DNA of 32,000 nucleotides from Mycobacterium montefiorense (GTDB lineage Bacteria; Actinomycetota; Actinomycetes; Mycobacteriales; Mycobacteriaceae): NCBI RefSeq assembly GCF_025823255.1, contig NZ_JACKVL010000013.1, positions 682,084 to 714,083 of the forward strand, read 5' to 3'. Shown piece by piece: positions 25,313 to 32,000 of this stretch (position 1 is its first letter; each line of letters starts with the position of its first letter). The notes under the pieces were generated by a model. It saw only the letters and a program-made list of their open reading frames with translations, ran no database searches and was not told where the DNA came from. The position numbers and the translations under genes were made by a program.

Positions 25313-25616
25313 CGCGTGCTCTCATCCGGGACATTGCGTTGGGACTGATGCAAACCCGGCGCGTCAGGGTCGTCGTCCTGGTGTTCCAGTTGTTCCTGCT
25401 GCCGGCGCTGCTCTTCGGTCGACTCCCTGGCGTCTTCGGGCTCTTTCGGCTGATTCACCCTCTCAGGGTCTCCCGAATCGCACACTCCGAAACCGAGCTG
25501 TGAGCGTCAGTGCACACGCGACGCCCGGGTATTCGGCAGTGGCCGGATAACTCGCCCCGATCGTCCACGTAGACTCGTCGGCGAACTTTAAGTGACAGAA
25601 GAGGTAGAACACACAG

Positions 25617-26372
25617 ATGAGCGGCCATTCCAAGTGGGCCACCACCAAGCACCAGAAGGCCGTCAAGGACGCCCGCCGTGGCAAGGAGTTCGCCCGGCTC
25701 ATCAAGAACATAGAGGTCGCCGCCCGTACCGGCGGTGGCGACCCGGGAGGCAATCCGACGCTCTATGACGCCATCCAGAAGGCGAAGAAGACCTCGGTGC
25801 CCAACGACAACATCGAGCGTGCCCGCAAGCGCGGTGCCGGCGAGGAAGCCGGCGGCGCCGACTGGCAGACGATCATGTACGAGGGCTACGCACCCAACGG
25901 CGTGGCGGTGCTGATCGAGTGCCTCACCGACAACCGCAACCGCGCCGCCAGCGAGGTGCGGGTGGCGATGACGCGCAACGGCGGCACCATGGCGGACCCG
26001 GGCTCGGTCTCCTACCTGTTCACCCGCAAGGGCGTGGTGACGCTGGAGAAGAACGGCCTGAGCGAGGACGACGTGCTGACGGCGGTGCTCGACGCGGGCG
26101 CCGAGGATGTCAGCGATCTCGGTGACAGCTTCGAAGTTGTCTCCGAGCCAACCGATCTGGTCGCGGTGCGTACCGCGCTGCAGGACGCCGGCATCGACTA
26201 CGACTCGGCCGAGGCGAGTTTTCAGCCGTCGGTTAGCGTGCCGGTCGACGTCGAGGCGGCCCGCAAGGTGTTCAAGCTCGTCGACGCGCTGGATGACAGC
26301 GACGACGTGCAGAACGTCTGGACCAATGTCGACTTGTCCGACGAGGTGCTGGCCGCTCTCGACGACGAGTGA
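25617..26372 (+). CDS. YebC/PmpR family DNA-binding transcriptional regulator
   Basis: [37 protein letters not shown] is the hallmark N-terminus. At 251 aa it matches Rv2603c in length. Confidence 0.93.
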   Translation: MSGHSKWATTKHQKAVKDARRGKEFARLIKNIEVAARTGGGDPGGNPTLYDAIQKAKKTSVPNDNIERARKRGAGEEAGGADWQTIMYEGYAPNGVAVLIECLTDNRNRAASEVRVAMTRNGGTMADPGSVSYLFTRKGVVTLEKNGLSEDDVLTAVLDAGAEDVSDLGDSFEVVSEPTDLVAVRTALQDAGIDYDSAEASFQPSVSVPVDVEAARKVFKLVDALDDSDDVQNVWTNVDLSDEVLAALDDE

Positions 26373-27954
26373 TTAGTCGTAGCCGTGGCGCATGTCCTCG
26401 ACGATGCGCGGGTTGTCCAGGGTTGACGGTTCCAGCGGCCGCGGTGCGATGTCGTCGGAGAACACCGTTGCGGCCTGTAGTACCTGCGGGTTGAGGTAGC
26501 GCAGCGGCGGCGTGTCGGCCGGCATGCTGGGCATCGGTGCGGTGTCGCTGGGGCGGGCCAGTACGAAACCCCAGTCACCGAAAGTCGGCACGTGCACGTG
26601 ATAGGGCGTGACCGCATACCCCGCGGAGTGCATGGTCGACACCGTGCGCCAGAACGCGGTCGGTGTGGAGAACGGGCTCCCGGCCTGGACCACGAGCAGC
26701 CCATCGGGGGAAAGTGCATGTGCGACAAGGGCATAGAACTCGGTTGAGTACAGCCGGCCCAGCACGGGTGTGTCCGGGTCGGGCAGGTCGACGATGACCG
26801 CGTCGAACCCCCCGGCGGGACGCAGCTGCGGGTGGGAAGCTCGAAGCCAGCGCATCGCGTCGTCGATCACCACCGAAACCCGAGGGTTGTCCAGCGCTCC
26901 GGCATTGGCGTCGTGCAGGGTGGTGCGGGCGATCTCGATCACGGCGGGATCCAGCTCTACCTGCACGATCTTGTCGATTCCGTGCTGGCGCAACAGTTCA
27001 CGTGCGGCCAGCCTGTCACCGCCGCCCAGCACCAGCACCGAGTGCGCGCCGTTGCCGAGCGCGGGATACACCAGGCTCTCGGTGTAGCGGTATTCGTCCC
27101 GAGTGGAAAACTGCAACCCACCGTCCAGATACAGCCGGGTGTCGTTGTCGCGGCGGGTGACCACGATCTCCTGGTAGACGGTGTGCCGGTAGGCGATGAT
27201 CGGATCGGCGTAAAGCCTTTGGCGGCTCGTTAATTCGATGTCATGGGCGTGCACCAGCAGCACGACGAGCAATCCGAGGGCCGCGGCGAGCGCGCACAGC
27301 GCCGTCACCAGCTGCGCGGTGGAGATGACACGCCGCAGCAGGAACATCGCCACAATCCCCGCCGCGACCAGGTTGATGACGCCGGTGGCCGCCGCGCCGC
27401 GGATCATCCCGAGATGTGGCAGCAGGGCGAACGGCCAGACCAATCCGCCGACCAGCGCCCCGAGGTAGTCGGCCGCGGTGAGGTTGGCCAGGGTGCGGCC
27501 GGTGTCGATCGCGCCGGACGTGCGGCCACGTTGCAGCAGCGTCATCAGCAACGGGACCTCAGCGCCGACCAGGCCGCCGATCAGCGCGGTGCCCATCGGC
27601 CAGCACCCACGTCGACCCGATCGCGCCGTCCAGGAATGCGAACACCGCATACAGCGTCGCCGCGGACAAGCCGCCGATGATGCCCAGCAGCGCCTCGACG
27701 GCGACGAACGTGATGCCTGCATGCCGCAGCAGCGGTTTGACCAGCAGCGCGCCCATGCCCAGCGCCGCGATGTAGCCCGCGACGATCAGTGAGGTGGCGA
27801 CGATACCGCCGCCGTTCAGGCTCGCCGACAGCGTCAGCAGCGCCAGTTCGTAGATGATGCCGCACGCCGCGCACGCCGCGACGGCGGCGAGTAGTACGGC
27901 TCGCCAGCGTGTCGACGGTTGCGCGGCCCGGACCGCATCCTGGCTGGTCGTCAT
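26373..27954 (-). pseudogene. speE: Membrane-fused polyamine aminopropyltransferase (spermidine-synthase-like, Rv2601c-like), frameshifted near 27597-27601
   Basis: ATG 27954 opens [40 protein letters not shown]...GSTWVLA and runs to a stop at 27559. The protein continues from MGTALIGGLVGAEVPLLMTLLQRGR in another frame (ORF 26373-27722) through the SAM-fold core VLVLGGGD, VELDP and DLPDP. Removing one nt between GCC and ATG (minus strand) restores WVLAMGTALIGG. Confidence 0.8.
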
Positions 27955-28406
27955 GACACCGCGGCAGCCGTCACTCCTCCTACGGCCAACAGCATCACGG
28001 CCACCGCGAACGAGCCCGGATGCAGCTCGGGGTCGTCGACGTGCTGGTGGAAGCTGCCCGGGATCACCAGGTGCAGTGTCAGCAGCGCGATGCCCAACAG
28101 GATCACACCCAAGAGTCCGTACACCCCCACGCCCACCAGCCCCTGAGCCAACTGGCTGTAGCTGTTGACGATGGCACTGACGATGACGGTGGTGAGCGCG
28201 ACATACATCGCGCTGGCGACCACGACGGCGTTGGGGCGGCGGTCGACGAAGACCAGCTGGCGCAGCTTGCCCGGGGTCAACACATCGACCATGTAGAACC
28301 CGATGATCAGGACTGCCATGCCGACGACGAAGTACAGCAGCGTCGCGGCGACGCCTTTCAGGACGGGGTCGAGGTCCACGTTTCCGATATCGAAGGCGAG
28401 GTACAT
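27951..28406 (-). CDS. DUF350-family integral membrane protein (Rv2600-like)
   Basis: 151 aa with four hydrophobic helices arranged as a two-fold internal repeat. Its stop overlaps the speE-like start (ATGA). Confidence 0.8.
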   Translation of the reverse strand: MYLAFDIGNVDLDPVLKGVAATLLYFVVGMAVLIIGFYMVDVLTPGKLRQLVFVDRRPNAVVVASAMYVALTTVIVSAIVNSYSQLAQGLVGVGVYGLLGVILLGIALLTLHLVIPGSFHQHVDDPELHPGSFAVAVMLLAVGGVTAAAVS

Positions 28407-28420
28407 GGCTGTCTCCTTTG

Positions 28421-28861
28421 TTATTTCGTTCCGCCGGGGCCGCCGGGGCTACCGCCGGAGCCGCTCGACGGGGATCCTGGACTGAAGCCGGGGCCGAGGT
28501 AGATGAACGAACCGTGGCTGTATCCGGCGCCGAGGCTTTCGACGCGAATGCTGCACGGGTGGTTTCCATCTGGGCCGACGATCACGATGTTGTTGCTGTA
28601 GCGCAGGTAGTCGTTGTTGTCGTTGTCCGCGCGCGCCTCGGGCTCCTGGTAGTCGGCGAGTGTGTCGGCCACCTGGTCGGGTGATCCGCTGCACACGTAT
28701 CGAGTGCCATTGGCATCGCGGGAGTACTCGCGATAGTTGCTTGCGATATACGACGCAATATCCTTCTGCAGCAATATGATTCCGACAATCAGGGACACCA
28801 CGGAAGCCAAGGCCAGGCCACCGCCGAGCCAGAACAGATGTTTGCGGCTCACGGACGCCAC
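28421..28861 (-). CDS. Membrane-anchored protein, DUF4247-like (Rv2599-like)
   Basis: One N-terminal TM helix ([23 protein letters not shown]), an extracytoplasmic domain with two Cys, and a Gly/Ser/Pro-rich tail. The family name is from memory of the Rv2599 annotation. Confidence 0.7.
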   Translation of the reverse strand: MASVSRKHLFWLGGGLALASVVSLIVGIILLQKDIASYIASNYREYSRDANGTRYVCSGSPDQVADTLADYQEPEARADNDNNDYLRYSNNIVIVGPDGNHPCSIRVESLGAGYSHGSFIYLGPGFSPGSPSSGSGGSPGGPGGTK

Positions 28862-29361
28862 CGGCTCGCCGTGTGCACCACTTCACCACCGGACCCAAGT
28901 GGGCTGCGCGGGTACAGGTGCCACGTCTGCCAGCGCCAGCCGGTGCCGTCGGGTTCGGCGGCCAGCACGGTCAACGCCGCGTCATCGCCGGGGAAAGTGC
29001 CACCGAGCCAGCCGGTTTCGGCTCGACACCGGTCGCGCAGCTCGCGGGCCAGCAGGCGAAACGCCGCCTCGTCGTGCGTGTCGGTGTGCGATTCCAGCGA
29101 GTAGCCCGAGGCCTGCAACCGCTCGGGCAGCTTGCCGGTATCGCTGCCCGCGGTGCAGGAAACCTGTTCGGAGAAGCTGCTGCCGGCGTGCTCGACCGTG
29201 ACCAGATGTGAGGCGCCGAGCACCCCGAGCCGCAGCGCGCTGCCGTCGGGATGGCGGAGCAAGTGGCTGGCCAGTAGCGGGGGTGCGGGCGCGTTGAGCG
29301 CGAGCCGCAGCCTGCTTCCAGATACGTCGGCCGGAGCCACGGCGAGCTGATAGAGCGGCAC
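28849..29361 (-). CDS. Conserved hypothetical protein, DUF2617-like (Rv2598-like)
   Basis: 170-aa soluble ORF from GTG 29361. It overlaps the next gene by 13 nt. The assignment rests on position in the conserved module and my recollection of Rv2598. Confidence 0.65.
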   Translation of the reverse strand: MPLYQLAVAPADVSGSRLRLALNAPAPPLLASHLLRHPDGSALRLGVLGASHLVTVEHAGSSFSEQVSCTAGSDTGKLPERLQASGYSLESHTDTHDEAAFRLLARELRDRCRAETGWLGGTFPGDDAALTVLAAEPDGTGWRWQTWHLYPRSPLGSGGEVVHTASRWRP

Positions 29362-29370
29362 CGCGCGGTC

Positions 29371-29979
29371 CTACGCGGAAGCCGGCGGCGCCGGGTAGAC
29401 GGTGAGCTCGCCCGGCGATACCGGCTTGCCCGTCGAGATCTCCCAGGGCGTGCCGGGTGCCCAGCACTCGAAGGAGAGCAGCACGGACTCGTCGGCATTG
29501 GCACAGTCGACGAACTCCATCTCGCCGCCCGCCGGCAGGCCCGTGGTGCCCTCGGTGGTGTAGGACGCCCGACCGCGCTCCGCCTCGCGAAATGCCATCC
29601 CGTCCATGACATACTGGTCGCCGGGCTGCAACGTGAGGTCCTTGCGAGTCACCCACATGACCAGCTCGAGGCGGCCGTCGTCTTCTTCCACGGCGAACCA
29701 GGTCGGCTGGTCGCCGCCTTCCAGCAGGTGCTCCCACCACACGAACGGTCCCTCGCGAAACGTCACCGATCCGCGGACCACGTAGTCGACACCGCCATAG
29801 CTGACGATGGCGCCCGGGCCCAGTTGCCGGGGTCCGAACTGCGGCATCGCATCGGAGGAGAAGGGGTCGCTGCGCCCGCGCGGCCCGGCCGCTGCCTTGG
29901 GCCGCCGTGAAGCCACCACAAACACCACGATCGACGCGATGAACAGCACCGCAGCCAGCACCACCAGCACTGTTCCCAC
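29371..29979 (-). CDS. Membrane-anchored DUF4178-like protein (Rv2597-like)
   Basis: GTG 29979 is preceded by a GGGAGGG Shine-Dalgarno 5 nt upstream. One TM helix (VLVVLAAVLFIASIVVFVV) is followed by a beta-rich domain (GAIVSYGGVDYVVRGSVTF, WWEHLLEGG). The 30069 TTG extension is unsupported. Confidence 0.7.
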   Translation of the reverse strand: MGTVLVVLAAVLFIASIVVFVVASRRPKAAAGPRGRSDPFSSDAMPQFGPRQLGPGAIVSYGGVDYVVRGSVTFREGPFVWWEHLLEGGDQPTWFAVEEDDGRLELVMWVTRKDLTLQPGDQYVMDGMAFREAERGRASYTTEGTTGLPAGGEMEFVDCANADESVLLSFECWAPGTPWEISTGKPVSPGELTVYPAPPASA

Positions 29980-30125
29980 GCAAACCCTCCCGTCGACGCG
30001 GCGGTGGAGCGAACGTCGGCTTAAGTTAACAGCTTTTGCCGGCTGGGAGCCGTAAAGTGCCCGACCCAAAAGTGGGTGGGTGCCGCGTGTCCTGTCCCTA
30101 GGGGTCGGACCCGACCGCTAGGCTA

Positions 30126-30141
30126 TCGAACAGCTGTTCGG
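30126..30141 (+). promoter_or_regulatory. LexA (SOS) box upstream of ruvC
   Basis: TCGAAC-AGCT-GTTCGG matches the mycobacterial SOS box consensus TCGAAC-N4-GTTCGA at 11 of 12 defined positions. It ends 19 nt before ATG 30161. ruvC is a known LexA-regulated gene in M. tuberculosis. Confidence 0.75.
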
Positions 30142-30160
30142 TACTAGGTTGGAGCATGCT

Positions 30161-30742
30161 ATGCGCGTGATGGGCGTCGACCCAGGACTGACCCGATGCG
30201 GGCTGTCTGTTGTCGAAAGCGGGCGCGGGCGAAATATCGTCGCGCTGGATGTCGACGTCGTCCGTACCCCGTCGGATGCCGCGCTGCCCAAACGGCTGCT
30301 GGTCATCAGCGACGCCGTCGAGCACTGGCTGGATACACATCATCCCGACGTGATCGCGGTTGAGCGGGTTTTCGCCCAGCACAATGTGTCGACCGTGATG
30401 GGCACCGCGCAGGCCGGTGGCGTGATCGCGCTGGCGGCGGCCAAGCGCGATATCGACGTGCACTTCCATACCCCCAGCGAGGTCAAGGCCGCGGTCACCG
30501 GCAACGGCGCTGCCGACAAAGCCCAGGTCACCGCGATGGTGACCAGAATCCTTGCGCTGCAAGCCAAACCGACCCCGGCCGACGCGGCCGATGCGCTGGC
30601 GCTGGCCATCTGCCACTGCTGGAGAGCGCCGATACTGGCCCGGATGGCCGCGGCCGAGGCGATGGCCGCCGAGGCGCGCCAGGTTTACCGCGCCAAGTTG
30701 GCGGCCAAGGCCAAGGCGGCCAAAGCGGGAGCGGGCCGATGA
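30161..30742 (+). CDS. ruvC: Crossover junction endodeoxyribonuclease RuvC
   Basis: [16 protein letters not shown]... (catalytic Asp7), ERVF, and [13 protein letters not shown] at the C-terminal catalytic region. The start is at the internal ATG of the 30149 ORF. Confidence 0.95.
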   Translation: MRVMGVDPGLTRCGLSVVESGRGRNIVALDVDVVRTPSDAALPKRLLVISDAVEHWLDTHHPDVIAVERVFAQHNVSTVMGTAQAGGVIALAAAKRDIDVHFHTPSEVKAAVTGNGAADKAQVTAMVTRILALQAKPTPADAADALALAICHCWRAPILARMAAAEAMAAEARQVYRAKLAAKAKAAKAGAGR

Positions 30743-31353
30743 TCGCCTCGGTGCGCGGTGAGGTGCTCGAGGTGGCACTCGATCATGTGGTGATCGAAGC
30801 CGCCGGTGTCGGCTACCGGGTGAACGCGACTCCGTCCACGTTGGCGACGTTGCGCCACGGCAGCGAGGCCCGCCTGATCACCGCGATGATCGTCCGCGAG
30901 GATTCGCAGACGCTGTACGGGTTTGTCGATGGCGAGAACCGCGACCTGTTCCTGACGCTGCTATCGGTCTCTGGAGTCGGGCCGCGACTGGCGATGGCGA
31001 CCCTGGCCGTGCACGACGCCGCTGCGCTGCGCCACGCACTGGCCGACGGCGACGTCGCCGCGCTGACCCGGGTGCCGGGCATCGGTAAGCGCGGCGCCGA
31101 GCGCATGGTGCTGGAGTTGCGCGACAAGATCTATCCCGCCGGCACGCCCACGGCAGCACCGGCGGGTGCGGGTCTCAATGGCCACGGGGTACGGGGCCCC
31201 GTGGTCGAGGCGCTGGTCGGTCTGGGCTTCGCGGCCAAGCAGGCCGAGGACGCCACCGACAAAGTTCTTGCCGCCGTCCGCGAAAACGGCGAACAGGCAA
31301 CGACTTCCGGCGCTTTGCGGGCCGCGCTGTCGTTGCTGGGTAAGTCCAAATGA
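30739..31353 (+). CDS. ruvA: Holliday junction branch migration complex subunit RuvA
   Basis: [28 protein letters not shown], and HhH motifs ([21 protein letters not shown]). ATG overlaps the ruvC stop (ATGA). Confidence 0.95.
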   Translation: MIASVRGEVLEVALDHVVIEAAGVGYRVNATPSTLATLRHGSEARLITAMIVREDSQTLYGFVDGENRDLFLTLLSVSGVGPRLAMATLAVHDAAALRHALADGDVAALTRVPGIGKRGAERMVLELRDKIYPAGTPTAAPAGAGLNGHGVRGPVVEALVGLGFAAKQAEDATDKVLAAVRENGEQATTSGALRAALSLLGKSK

Positions 31354-32000
31354 GTGACGAGTACTCCGAAGACCATGCGGATCGCGACCTGTCCCCGGCG
31401 CTGACCATCGGGGAGGGCGACATCGATGTCAGTCTGCGGCCCCGCTCGCTGCGGGAGTTCATCGGCCAGGCCCGGGTCCGCGAACAGCTGCAGCTGGTCC
31501 TCGAAGGCGCCAAAAACCGCGGCGGCACACCGGATCACATTCTGCTGTCCGGCCCGCCGGGGTTGGGCAAGACGTCGCTGGCGATGATCATCGCCAGCGA
31601 ACTCGGGTCCTCATTGCGGGTGACCTCGGGGCCGGCGCTGGAGCGTGCGGGCGATCTGGCCGCGATGCTGTCCAACCTGGTCGAGCACGATGTGTTGTTC
31701 ATCGACGAGATCCACCGCATCGCCCGCCCGGCCGAGGAGATGCTCTACCTCGCGATGGAAGACTTCCGGGTCGACGTCATCGTGGGCAAAGGCCCTGGGG
31801 CAACATCGATTCCGTTGGACGTTGCGCCGTTCACCCTGGTCGGTGCGACCACCCGGTCCGGCGCGCTGACTGGGCCGCTGCGGGACCGCTTCGGGTTCAC
31901 CGCGCATATGGATTTCTACGAGCCGGCCGACTTGCAGCGAGTCCTGGCGCGTTCGGCCGGGATCCTGGGCATCGAGCTGGGCGCCGAAGCCGGCGCGGAA
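31350..32000 (+). CDS. ruvB: Holliday junction DNA helicase RuvB (5' partial, continues beyond the window)
   Basis: Open frame from ATG 31350, which overlaps the ruvA stop (ATGA), to the window end. It contains [12 protein letters not shown], Walker [10 protein letters not shown], Walker B LFIDEIHR and sensor GATTRSG. It is missing from the ORF track only because it has no stop in the window. Confidence 0.95.
   Translation, partial: MSDEYSEDHADRDLSPALTIGEGDIDVSLRPRSLREFIGQARVREQLQLVLEGAKNRGGTPDHILLSGPPGLGKTSLAMIIASELGSSLRVTSGPALERAGDLAAMLSNLVEHDVLFIDEIHRIARPAEEMLYLAMEDFRVDVIVGKGPGATSIPLDVAPFTLVGATTRSGALTGPLRDRFGFTAHMDFYEPADLQRVLARSAGILGIELGAEAGAE

Noticed and set aside
28971..29983. 213-aa and 333-aa minus-strand ORFs overlapping the DUF2617-like and DUF4178-like genes
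   Set aside because: These are alternative frames of the same strand and translate to extreme Arg/Pro/Gly/Ala composition. The chosen frames give balanced, structured-looking proteins with Shine-Dalgarno sites and conserved operon spacing.
1..32000. Mobile elements, prophage, toxin-antitoxin pairs, tRNA or rRNA genes
   Set aside because: No transposase, integrase, recombinase or small paired TA-like ORFs were seen in any frame, and no long terminal inverted repeats were noticed. The vapBC-type pair that I recall between Rv2601c and Rv2603c in M. tuberculosis is absent here; the yebC and speE-like stops abut at 26372/26373. No cloverleaf-like or rRNA-like segment was recognised by eye, but this was not an exhaustive search.

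Overview
High-GC actinobacterial chromosome segment, almost certainly from a slow-growing Mycobacterium. As I recall the M. tuberculosis H37Rv map, gene order mirrors Rv2633c to Rv2592c in inverted orientation. Left to right: hemerythrin-like protein; pcaH-pcaG-pcaB; an EthR-like TetR regulator; an Rv2622-like methyltransferase; an fdxA-like ferredoxin; a wHTH regulator / small membrane protein / cupin trio; nitronate monooxygenase; DUF1990; aldo-keto reductase; a frameshifted PaaI thioesterase; a GT2 glycosyltransferase; the translationally coupled thrS-HIT-pgsA1-patA-pimA-Nudix (PI/PIM) operon; a PPE/PE island; pdxS-tesB2-pdxT; yebC; a five-gene membrane module (DUF4178, DUF2617, DUF4247, DUF350, membrane-fused spermidine-synthase-like enzyme); and a LexA box followed by ruvC-ruvA-ruvB (ruvB runs off the window). 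I saw no rRNA, tRNA, CRISPR array, transposase or integrase. The most unusual region is 17.3-22.7 kb, where two diverged tandem modules each encode a PPE protein followed by a PE protein. Each PE protein carries a PE-PPE serine-hydrolase domain and a non-PGRS C-terminal tandem-repeat tail. Three of these four genes carry lesions visible in the sequence: a perfect 16-bp tandem duplication, a homopolymer frameshift, and an in-frame TAA inside a repeat array. The thioesterase and the speE-like gene are frameshifted as well, so five lesions lie in 32 kb. That points to reductive evolution, phase-variable loci, or assembly indels. All family names come from reading the translations and from memory; no database was searched.
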